DNA from: Amphiscolops sp. MND2022
Taxonomy: Eukaryota
Direction: 5' to 3'
Assembly: GCA_964187785.1 (NCBI GenBank)
Contig: OZ076409.1
Location: 86,864,001-86,928,000 of the forward strand
Length of the DNA: 64,000 nt
Translations under genes and position numbers: made by a program
In this document: positions 26,801-37,800 of the stretch, piece after piece
Numbering within the stretch: the stretch's first letter is position 1
Layout of the letters: every line of letters starts with the position of its first letter
The notes under the pieces: model-generated
Told to the model about the DNA's origin: nothing
The model's database searches: none
Seen by the model: only the letters and a program-made list of their open reading frames with translations

Positions 26801-28670
26801 ATCAGTTCGCCGCTGTGTAGTACACAATTTCAACAAATTTTATCCATTCCTTTTTCAATTTTCAACCAATCAGAAGCGTTCAATAATTGTATTTCGGCGC
26901 GATGAATAGCTTGCAGAATTTCGCCGCTTTGAAATTCGACCCTTTGGGAATCCGCCGTGATGCCGTGGTGACATGAGGGATTTCAAACTCTATTGGCTGG
27001 CCTGTTAGTTCTCCGTAACCAGTATAGATATTCTATGGAGACGTGGAGATTCTATGGAGATATTCTATGGAGATATCTAAGAAAACGTAATACGGTCATG
27101 TCACAGTGAACTATATATGAACCAATAAATAAAAAGTAGTCTACATAAATTCTGACGGTAAAATGGTAAAAAAAGGATATTGAAATGTTAATTAGTCTTA
27201 GTGAATGGGGTCAGTTCCCAGAAATGCTTTCTGCGTTTTGTCGTCGAGATTGATAATATAACTACGGCAGCCTGCTGCAAAATTGTTGGACTGTCTACAA
27301 ATAGATTAAAGGTTTGTAACACGTGTTTGCAATAATCTGTAGAAAACGATCTGTTTCCACCGGTGGCTCAGCGGGTACCACCAGCAAAGTTGCAGATGCC
27401 ACCTTAGGAGTCTGTGATTGATTGCCAACCCGGTTTTTCACTTGTAGTTTAGTGTGCTTGTAGGGAAATTTTACAGATGGCAGTGGTGCCCATATCAATA
27501 GCTGTTATCAAGTCTTCGAAAAAGCTAAAAACATTCTGCGTTGGCAAGATTCCATGCAATGACTTGCCGTTCGGCAGTGCATGAAACGAAGTGGCTGAGC
27601 CACGGCGCCGAATTTGAGTGAATTTCTAATCGGCAAGCCCAATCAAAACGCCTGCTCTTGATGAATGATTTTTCTGCATTCAAAGTTAACGAGTGTCAAA
27701 GCCCTTAAGAGTAGGAGTAGTTAATTTCCCCATAACCCCATAAGCAGTTCTGGTTTTCGAACACCCTATGGTACCATATTTGCACCCAAGTGGTCAAGCA
27801 ATGGTGGGCTTGAAGCTGTGGTTTCAAAGTGACTTGCTCAAGGTCACAGAAAGTCTGACTGCTCACCGTTGCTCTTTTTGTTTTGCTTTTCTCCGCCAAA
27901 TGCGTTATTTTTTTTATCATTGACCACTGAGCTAGGGATAAAGGACTTGCTTAAGGTCCAACAATGGCGAGTTGAAAGAGATTCGAACCTGCTACCGCCC
28001 AGTACAGACCGAATGCTCTAACCACTACGCCATTGCTCCCCTAATGTTCGACACTAACCACTACGCCATTGCTCCCCTAATGTTCGACACTTGAATTAGA
28101 AAACAAAGCTAAATTATAAGGCTGAGCTCAGGGCTAGGTTGTCATTGGGGCATTTCATTGCTCTTGCCGAAAAATTCTTGAAACTTATCAAAATATTTAA
28201 AGGAATGATTTGTTTGATTTATGTTATAGTCTTTTTGTTACAGTTTATACGTCTTGATGTCAAGGCAAAAACTGATATTTTACTTCTTTTTCTTCTTCTT
28301 CTTCGTGGTAATATTAGTTTGCGGCAAAATAGAATCAATTCATTGCAAAAATAGTTACAAAGATTGTTATACAGCGAAAATATTTCTTCTATACTAACAC
28401 CTTTCTCTTCTGAATCTCTGAAAACGAACGAGTCGTTATGGCAATTATCATAACTATGGCAAGGATTAACGTTTCACGCAAGTCCTCGAACTGGGCAACC
28501 CTATAGAAGAGTTTCTTTGGTCTATGAAGCTTCAAATTATCTATAATGACGTAATTTGAATGAAATAGAAAAAGGTGCAACTTACTGATATACCATTCTA
28601 GAGCATTGACGCTGCAGTCGGATCCATCGATGGCAACCACAACCCTTTCACCAGTTCCCGCGACAGCCAT
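23871..28670 (-). CDS. Universal stress protein (UspA domain), 168 aa, two exons
   Basis: Exon 1 28586-28670 (MAVAGTGERVVVAIDGSDCSVNALEWYI, donor gtaagt, phase 1) joins exon 2 23871-24292 (acceptor ttttcag). Has the N-terminal VVAIDGS strand and the ATP-binding motif G-2x-G-9x-GS (GTRGLSKIKRTFLGSVSDYVIHNSNLPVSIVP). Confidence 0.93.
27690..28041 (-). mobile_element. tRNA-derived SINE in the USP intron
   Basis: Minus strand has A box TGGCGTAGTGG and B box GGTTCGAATC, followed by GGACCTTAAGCAAGTCCTTTATCCC (CORE/V-SINE-like). No intact cloverleaf; 3' boundary approximate. Confidence 0.7.
28018..28091. repeat. Perfect 36-bp tandem duplication spanning the SINE head and flank
   Basis: CTAACCACTACGCCATTGCTCCCCTAATGTTCGACA twice. 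Confidence 0.9.
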
Positions 28671-31148
28671 TTACGTCTGTACCACGTGATGAAGCTGAAC
28701 AAATGTTTGTTCACACGGGCACGTATTAGAGCGGAACTCGGATTCAATTGGGTTGATTCAGATGTGACACTATGGGGGGTCTGTAGTGCAGGAACACAAG
28801 TGATCAAGATAATGGACAATTCTTCAGCGTTTTATGCAAATTCACCGGATTGAGATTCAATTGGCTTCTTGTACGGAATTATTTTCTTCTTTTTTCTTCT
28901 GAAGACGTGAATGCAGGTAGCCACCAAACGGAATAAAAACGCGCTCGGCTCACTTCAAGGGACAGCTGTAATTACAAATGAACTATAAATATGCATATAT
29001 ATTTTTATTTTTTATAGGCATGTATAAATATATTTTCTGTCAAGCGACCAAAATGAAAGAATTTAATACCTTCAGAAGCCTGGAATTGTTGAATAGTAGC
29101 AAGTACAAGACTTAGGAACTCCTGCTGAGACCGGTACGAGTTGGCTTGTGGAATGAGGAATAAATTACGCAATATTCAGTTGGGCACGTATCTTTTTCCA
29201 ACTGGAGCGGCGGCTGCAAGAAAGTCCTTAGTGGTCCGCAGGCGGCCTGTACTTGCTATGTATTAGCCCGCTAACTGAGCTGCATTGCGTAACCGCGCCG
29301 TCAGAACCGTTTTGCGTGGATGAGTTCAATTATAATGCAAGTTGCTAATACCTCCTCACTTAGGCCAATATTTTTCTAGTCTACGGTGCACCTTTACCAT
29401 ATAATGGTCTCTCCCCACCACATTCCCATTGCTGTTCAACCGTGCCATTCAACACAGCCAACGAGCCATTGCGTGCCGTCAGTGCCTCTAGCCAACTAAT
29501 GCAATGCAAATATTGAAGGCTACAGGAAGTTAGACAATTTCAAAATTCATCAGGCACGAATATAGCTTTCTTTACGTAAGACTACTTTTATTATGCCGCC
29601 CAACACAACACAAAGGTAGGCAGGATATAGTAGTCTTATAAAGAAGGAGAGCAGAAAGGAAAAAGCGCTTACCTGCTTCCTCGATGTATGCAAAACAATG
29701 ACTGCTACCAAATGCTACTGCTTATCAACCAAGCTCCCACTTGTGTGCTCAAATGATGTGAGAAAATTGAAAGTATCCAGTATCCACCTACTCTTCTTGG
29801 TTTTTTATCGTCGAATAGAGCTGAGGGGGAGGAGGTGATTCAGGGCATATTCTAATAATGATCTAATCAATATTAGACGTGAAATTTTTCAACCAAGACC
29901 GGTTTCTGAGTTAAACCTCTTTCTCTGAATTAAAGCAAATATAATTTCCAAGACACTTGAGTCTCACACTAGAGCAAAATTGAGCACTGGGAAGTGCTAA
30001 GGTTCATTACCCTCTCAGACTGATAAATATTGCGTTGAGGGAAACTTTCAAGCGTATATGCGTCAAAAAACGTGTGGGAGAGCACTTCAATGGCGCCAAA
30101 AAATAAAATTATTCCCATTGCGACCAGAATAAAATTAGTTCGACATAGAATTAAATTTTATATCAGTCATTACGATTATTTTGGCTGTATGACTTGGTCT
30201 TCCTCCTTCCGGAACGCTCCGCGTCCTTCGGCCCGACCTTTCCAAAACTAGCAGCTGGTCAAACGTTGGCACGCTGCTTTACTCCTGCATTAAGGGTACT
30301 AGTAGTAAGTGAGCGTAGCTGACTACATTATCGTAATTACTTAGACGCGATGCAACAAACTCGACTGATCGAAATATATTTTATTTTAAACTTCAATCAG
30401 AAGGGTTGGAAAATTTTTTCGCTGCGATGAATATTTTTGCAAATTTTTAGCGCCATGAACGTTCATCGCCATGAGAATGCACCCAATTCAGTCTCTTACT
30501 GGTACCTCTATACTGCTGGTTATTTCATATGCTGCAGATCTGCATGCGGGGGTATTTTCGAAAAAAAAAGAAAATTCAGTGAGCTTCTGGTAGTGAATCG
30601 TGTAGGATTACACTGCAATTTCCACTATGGCAATTAAAATAAAAAACTTCATTACTGGCACGATCACGTTGCATCCACACTCTGGATTTCTGAACTATTC
30701 CAAGGAGGTAATCGCCGCTCCTCAAATAGAACACTGAAGATGACAAAGGTTGGCAGGTTATAACGTGACTGATATTACATTGCGCGAAAAAGGCTCTAAA
30801 GATAATATTGGCTGCACTTGAAAACGAAATTGATGCATAAAAAATCTGAGATATTTTACATCTTGAAACTGTTGACACATTTTTGATGAATGTTTTGTAA
30901 CGTTGAAAAGGACCACAATCTAGGACTGGGAAAATACTCAGGCTGAGTAGAGAGGAGCACTTGCTCCTACAGAAACCTAAACATCTGTTTTCACTCAGAA
31001 GATGGTCGTTTCATGTGTTAAGGTAAATCTTCTTTGTTCTAGAGCTCCGGGGCACACTCAAAGTCCAGATGCGTCCCCGGGAAGCACGAAAAAACAAATC
31101 CTAGGGTTCCTGGGAGTTCATTAAACTTATTAAATAGTTTCAGACGCG

Positions 31149-31901
31149 ATGCCGACTACTAGAACTGGCTCTCAATCAGACGAAGAGGGGTCCACCCACC
31201 TAATCGAATGTACTGGCAAGGGTCCCGACAAGGGAAAGGGATGCCAATCCTGGGTCCCCACATGGCTCCCGAAAAAGATCCACAAGGGTTTCATGGACCG
31301 CCCCTTCCTATGTGGCTTCTGTGCAGCAGCTGAGGTGGCCGACTTGCAGTCCAAACTTGCCAAAATTACAGAAAAGCCTCAAATCAGCGGAGAGCTGTCC
31401 AGTCTTTTCAATGCCGATTCAAACCAGCAATATGGAAGGCGGGACAATGTCCGCATATTTGGGGTGGAGGAGGCACCAAATGAGGACGTGTATCAGGCTG
31501 TGATCGATGTGGCAGAAAAGACGGGATGTCAGGTATCCAGAGCGGACATCAGCATCTGCCATAGGGTTCCCAGCAGCAATGTGAAGCCTGACCAAGGGCG
31601 CCCTATCATTGCAAAATTTGTAAGGAGACAGACCAAAATCGGGCTGATGACCAACAAAAAGAAGCTCAAGGATAGTGAAAATAAAATTTATATCAACGAT
31701 GATCTCACGCTACTACGAGCAAGGTTGGCTAAGGCATTGAGGCAAAGACAAGATGTAACTTCTGTGAACATGATTAACGAAAAAATTGTGGTGTATCAAC
31801 AAAATGATACAAAAACTGTCTTTGATAGCCTCTTCAAATTATATGAATGGGATCCTGATTTTGTCTACTCTGTATGCAAAAGTAGTCTACATTTTTGTTA
31901 G
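31149..31901 (+). CDS. LINE ORF1 (reduced PHD-like Zn finger, coiled coil, L1-type RRM/CTD), 250 aa
   Basis: Motifs IEC..C..W..FLCGFC, QQYGRRDNVRIFGVEE, ICHRV, RPIIAKFVRR and IYINDDLT are typical of CR1/L2-group ORF1. Confidence 0.88.
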   Translation: MPTTRTGSQSDEEGSTHLIECTGKGPDKGKGCQSWVPTWLPKKIHKGFMDRPFLCGFCAAAEVADLQSKLAKITEKPQISGELSSLFNADSNQQYGRRDNVRIFGVEEAPNEDVYQAVIDVAEKTGCQVSRADISICHRVPSSNVKPDQGRPIIAKFVRRQTKIGLMTNKKKLKDSENKIYINDDLTLLRARLAKALRQRQDVTSVNMINEKIVVYQQNDTKTVFDSLFKLYEWDPDFVYSVCKSSLHFC

Positions 31902-34840
31902 GGGGCCCTCTAGCTTACAAATTGAAACGTAAAAAATCAAAGCCTAAACATAAAAACAACTTAAAAGAACAAAGTGTTGAGAACGAATGGATTTTTCATT
32001 TGAACATAAGGTCTATCGACTACAATTTTGAAGAACTAGAAACGCATATAGATACCTTTCGTGAAAACAAACCGTGTATTATTTGCTTGTCCGAAACATG
32101 GATGACTGAATCCTCAGACAAAAATGCCTACGCACTAGAATCCTATGCACCTATGGAATTTGATCCTGGTTCAACAAGAAATGAAGGTGTTGCATTATAT
32201 GTCCATGAATCGCTGGCATTTGAACTTTTGGAGCTTAACATACAGAAAGATTCTATTCCTGATCTAAACTATACTGGAGTCAATTGTACCGCTAGGAATA
32301 AGGAAAAATTTACCGTTGTATGCTTATACAATTCGCCTTCCGTAAATAAACATGATTTCTTGGATCAGTTTGAGTTACTTCTTGAGTCTCTTAGTCAAAT
32401 TAAGAACTACTATCTAATAGGCGATATTAATATGACCTCTTGGAATGCAACCCTGTTGCAGATAGGTATCTGAAATTGTTGGAAATTCATGGTTGCGCCC
32501 AAGGAATCGAAGAACCAACCCGTGTAACGCTTGACTCAGAATCGTTAATCGATCATATAATCCATAATGACTACCAAAGACCTCTGGAATTTGGAGTTAT
32601 CAAGACGTATATTACAGACCATTTTGCAACCTACGTTGATTTGAATATAAGTAAATCTAAATCCATTCGTTCTCAATATTTTTTTAAGGATAGACCGTTT
32701 CTCCGGGACGGTAATGCAACAAATCTCTATCTAAAATACTTAAAACATTGCCTGGAACTTGTAGACTTAGGACAGGACATCAATGCATCTACTGAATCGT
32801 TTGCCAATGCAATATCGGAAGCAGTTAATGCTTTCACAGTTGAAAAACAATCAGAACACCAAGATGCCGTAAGACCTTGGTTCACAAAGGAAGTAAAAAA
32901 TGCCTTAATTCGAAGAAATTGTAGTTTCCACAGATACAAGCGCTGTAAAACCTATCAGAACAAGCTACGCTACACAAGAGCTAGAAATAATGTGCACCAG
33001 CAGCTTCGTAAAAGCAAGCGCGAATACTACGATTCACGTCTGAATGGGCTTATCAATAATCCTAAATGTTTCTACAAAGAACTAAACAAAATCACTGGTA
33101 AAGCAACAAAAAATTCCAACTTTGTTATCAAGAATGATAAAAATGAATTGATTACGGATGATATTGATGTGGCCGAATCGTTCAATGAAAAATTTGTTTC
33201 CATCAGTAAAACCTTAGCTGCTTCAATTGATAATGTCCCATTCACGACTTATGGTATAAAAACTAATGAAAAATCACTATTTTTTTTTATCCAGCTGATG
33301 GCACTGAGATTTCGAGGATTATAAAAAATCTTAAGAACCATAAGTCACCTGGTCTAGATGGACTGACTGCAGAAATACTAAAAGTGAGTCACGATGTAAT
33401 AGTTGAAAAATTAACTCATCTCGTGAATGAATCGCTAAAAAGTGGAACATTTCCTCAGGTTTTGAAAGCTGCGAGAGTGGTACCGATATACAAATCCGGC
33501 AAAAAATCTATACGTGAAAATTACAGACCCATATCTGTTTTATCAGTATTGAGCAAAATATTTGAACGTGTTGTGCATGAACGATTATATAATTTCATGG
33601 ATAAAAATAAGCTATTATACCCAAGACAATTTGGATTCAGGTCAAAACTGAGCCCCATCCACGCTCTTTCCGATATTACAGAAATGATTAGGGATAATTC
33701 TAACCTCGATATTTCTTGTATTTTGCTTGATTTACAAAAAGCCTTCGATACAATAAACCATGAATTTCTCTTGTATAAACTCGAAGCATACGGTGTCAGA
33801 GGGGTTTGCTTGGATTGGTTCACATCATATCTAAGTAAACGAAGTCAATGTGTTTCAGTTAACGGTAAAGTCTCAAAACCATTACTTATTGACTGCGGCG
33901 TTCCTCAAGGATCTATTCTTGGCCCACTGCTCTTTATAATTTATGTAAATGATTTCCCGAACTCGTGTAAAAACATTATTCCGTTTCTCTTTGCGGATGA
34001 TGCTAATTGCGTTTACCCGAGACCCAAAAATGAAACATCTACATTACAAGATGAAGTTGAACATATTCCTGGATGGATGGCTATGAATAAACTCAGTCAA
34101 AATATTCCTAAAACTGAATTGGTCCATTTTTTAAACTACAAAGATGAAAGCATAGTATTGAAAAATACTGAAATAACATGTACTGAATACGTTAAATATC
34201 TGGGTATCTTACTTGATAAAAATTTAACTTATGGTTTCCACGTCAAACGAGTACTGAATAAATTAGCTAAACATGTATCCATTATTAACCGTGTAAGGCA
34301 TTTGACCAGTAGTTCGGTAGTGATACGATATTATAAAACATACATGAAACCAATTATCCAATACGGACTCTTGATATATGGGTGCACGAGGAAGAGTGTA
34401 CTGAATGATATATTTCTTGTTCAGAAAAAATCCTCCGTATTACATATTTTAAAAACAGACGATATCCATCGGATGAATTGTTCAAAAGAAGCGAAATTTT
34501 GAATGTTTTTGATCTATACGTATTTGAACTATTAAAATTCGCCGTGCGTTCTAGTAGAGAAAGTCAACTGCATAATATCAAGAGCGTATTTATCCACAAA
34601 AATTCACTTGTTTTTACTCGGAGTGTTTCTTCCAATATGTTTTATGTACCTGAAGCACGAACGCAAGTTAGCCGACAATCACTAAAATATCGTGGAACTG
34701 TCTTACTGAATCATCTACTAAAAACGAAGCTATTACCTCGCAATTATGAATCTATCGGTGAAAATGAGACTAAAAGATTGATAATAAAAATTAAAAACAA
34801 AATAAGTAGCGAACGTCTGGCAGACATAGTTTTTTGTTGA
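31895..34840 (+). pseudogene. LINE ORF2, apurinic endonuclease plus reverse transcriptase, three -1 frameshifts as assembled
   Basis: APE motifs HLNIRS, LSETW, GVALYV, GDIN, PTR..SLIDHI, TDH. RT motifs KSPGLDG, YRPISVL, QFGFR, LDLQKAFD, GVPQGSILGPLLF, FADD, KYLG. Frames rejoin if one base is added at about 32433, in T9 at 33280-33288 and in A6 at 34425-34430. No internal stop codons. Confidence 0.93.
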
Positions 34841-37800
34841 TGCCCTTGTGTTTGGAGGGTCCTCCCCCGTTTAGGAATAATAACCTTTGGAGGGTCCCCT
34901 CTGGTGCTACATTTTTAATTGAACTGACTGCATTGTACTTAACTTCTGTACTGGTACTATTGTTCAATTTTTTAAACATAGCATCAGAGAAAATTTAATT
35001 CTTTCTTCTTTCATACTTACTTCCGAAGTCTGAAAATGACAAATGAGCAAACTACATAAAATTAGCCAAAAGAAGTATATTGACACATTTGAAAGATCAA
35101 ACATTCACAAATAGCTGAAAACAAAACGAAGTTTTGAGACTCTCCCAGCAAACTCACTTGTGCAAAAAAAGCTATAGTCAACAATTCGCTGGACAAATTT
35201 GTGCACAAACTTCGTTTTTTGGTTAAGTCGTGTAACGTCAAGCTAGCAACGTACATCCTAGAACTGGAATACTGCCTAGGTTGCTTAAAGATAACCATTG
35301 TCTTACTACAACGCTAGACACTAGTTTTCGACACCAAAAGGGTCTCATGGGGGGACTTTTCAAAAGTGAAGGGAGATCCGCATGTTAGAGATTCGAGGCG
35401 ACGTGCTGGCACTCTCAAAGTCCGGACACACCACACAATCCTGTAAAAATGAATCCTAGGGTTTCTAGGAAAGGTCAATAGATGGGTTGCTCTTGATTCC
35501 GGGTTCCGAGAACGTTCGCACTTGTGCCAACCTCTCGGTGGGGATATTCTGGAAGGGTGGCGCAACATTGTGCTTCTCGGGATGCTCTGTCAAAGTCCTA
35601 AAGCACTTTCGTCGTCCTCTCTGTCAGGGAGAGCGTGGTGTTGGTTTGGTGTCTGTTTTTTGTGCTTCCTTTATGAAATCAAGTACCTGCCAGGTCGGCC
35701 ATTTTTACTTTGTTCGGTACTTCAAAGTTTTGGTGAGGTTTTACTGGTGGTCTGTGACAAAGCTGCTGGACGTTCCCGGTCTGTAGTTTGTAGTCCTCGG
35801 AAAACGAGAAGGGGTTTCACGTTCTTGGTTGTCATCATCCAGTGATATTGTTTCATCTATATTGCAATTCAGGATTCCAAATAAAAGGTGCTGCCCCAAA
35901 AAGAAGACGAGTTTTCCTAGATTCTACATCAACAATGGATTGTAGCACTGGAATAGCATTTGCAGCTTTAGATCTTTATTAGCGTTTCGAAAAAGTTTGA
36001 AAACTTTTGATTTCGCAACCAATTTTGTAGCATTTTCCGTTGCGGCATCTGTATGAAATGCACTCACAACAATAGGTTTGGTTCCTACTTGGGGCCCACT
36101 TGATAAGTAAGGCAGCAAAATGCACAAAAGCACTTGACATAAAGTAACTGCAGTGATCTTGGAAAACTGTTGTTATGCATGGCAAACAAGAACTGCACTA
36201 TAGATATCATCAATAGGCAAGCAAAGATCATGAAGCACCAAAAATAGTACAAAACAAGAAGATCCATTTGGTCTTTCGTGTTGTTGGAAATATAGGTTCA
36301 GTTCAAACTTTTGTCTATGTGATGTGTTATTAAGATCCGTTTCGTAGGTTTCGAAAGTTTTTCGAATTTGCACTCTCTTGTACAAAGATCGGTCAAAACA
36401 AGTAGAACTAGAAATGACAAAATGCTGCAATTGTTTGTGACACGATGTATAAGAGGCAGATATGAAGGATTAAAGGACCAGTCTGGAAGTAAGATGTGAC
36501 AGTAAACTGCATGTGTCCGGAAAATGATAAACCAGATCACGAGGAGACTTTAAGACCAAAATTGAAGTAGATCATGAAAGCACTGCTTGGTGTCAGAAAA
36601 CAGTTCTAAAGCAATCATTCAGATTTTAAAAACACGGCTGCTAACCAAGTGGTTTTCAGAGGTTCGATTCTCCGGGTGTTTTGTCAAGCTCAGTGTTGAT
36701 TTATCTGCGGAGGGTACAGGTATTCCACGGGCAAATCTTTTTTCTGGCGTTTTCACATTGATTTTTATTATTAACCTACTGACGTTTGTTTTTCGCTTGT
36801 CCACTATCTTATTCACTCCTTCAACCGTGGCAGTGAGATAATTACAAGTGGTAATGAAAGAGTTTGATGCTCTCGATTGTTTTTGGTTTTTCAAAGTGAT
36901 GAAAAAATACTTTTGGAGCCTTCAACTCAATTCTTTTTGATGTTTTATGGGTGCGTGTAGTCGTCTTTTTTTGCCTCTATTCCCAATGAAAGTTCACTAG
37001 CGTAAACTACCAGTAAAAAAAAACAAAAAACATTGCTTCTCTACTATTGGAAGAAAATTTTTGTTGCTTTTTTATATATTTTTTGTCGACCTAAAATGCT
37101 GACTGCAAAAAGTTTTACTATAAGGTACGCTCTATTCTTCGCATTATCTAGACACAAGCTATGTGGTTAGTTTAAACATGAGGTTTTGTTGCCTTCAATG
37201 AGGTTTACGGTGATTGAGAACGTGATCTCCACGTTCCGCGCTGTGGAAGTTTTTTATGACTCGCCGTACTTCTTCTTGGAAAGCACAAGTTAAGGTGTCT
37301 CTGCAAATCTGGGATTGGTGGAAGAGCTTGCCGGTGAGTAAAAAAAAGAAAACACTGAGTTTTCAGTAAAATGATTTGGTTCGATTGTTATACGATCAGG
37401 TAAAACGTTCTTTTTCCACTGTGGTTGATACTACTGTACTTGTTGTTCTGTCTCGAGACGCACTGCGTACCAAGTCTAAATTTTCAGGAATACCACGAAA
37501 TGCTTACTAACACTTACACAGAACGTTAGACACTTTGTATGCGTGATGTCAAGGCATTAATTGCACTCCGGTAACTTTGATGGCAGTTACGAGAAAGAGT
37601 TATTTTTGCGTTTCCCACTACTATGTCTCGTACGTCGTTTTTTAACAGACCGTTTTTCAACAGGAAGTTGAGGTGGTGTACTTACTGAGCAAAACGCTTT
37701 GTAGAAGCGTGACACAGCTGTCTAGCGTCAAAACCGGGTCGTTGCCGCTCTTACTTAGGACTAAGACAGCGAAACTCGTGCAATTTGTTTGCGAAATTTG

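Larger units (their letters stand above)
30946..35012 (+). mobile_element. Full-length non-LTR retrotransposon, CR1/L2 group (Crack/Daphne-like)
   Basis: About 200 bp 5' UTR, ORF1, APE-RT ORF2, and a 3' UTR with a GC-rich stem-loop (34854-34901) and short TTCT-type tail. Ends are approximate and I found no clear TSD. Confidence 0.9.

Noticed and set aside
27027..27077. GATATTCTATGGA tandem, and similar short duplications at 2604-2650, 46008-46040 and 46195-46410, as CRISPR-like arrays
   Set aside because: Two or three adjacent units, no unique spacers, eukaryotic context; ordinary slippage duplications.
27965..28041. tRNA gene
   Set aside because: A and B boxes are present but there is no acceptor or anticodon stem pairing, and it continues into a SINE body.
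36500..36600. KSPRD motif on the - strand suggesting a Polinton packaging ATPase
   Set aside because: Only five residues match and flanking motifs are absent.
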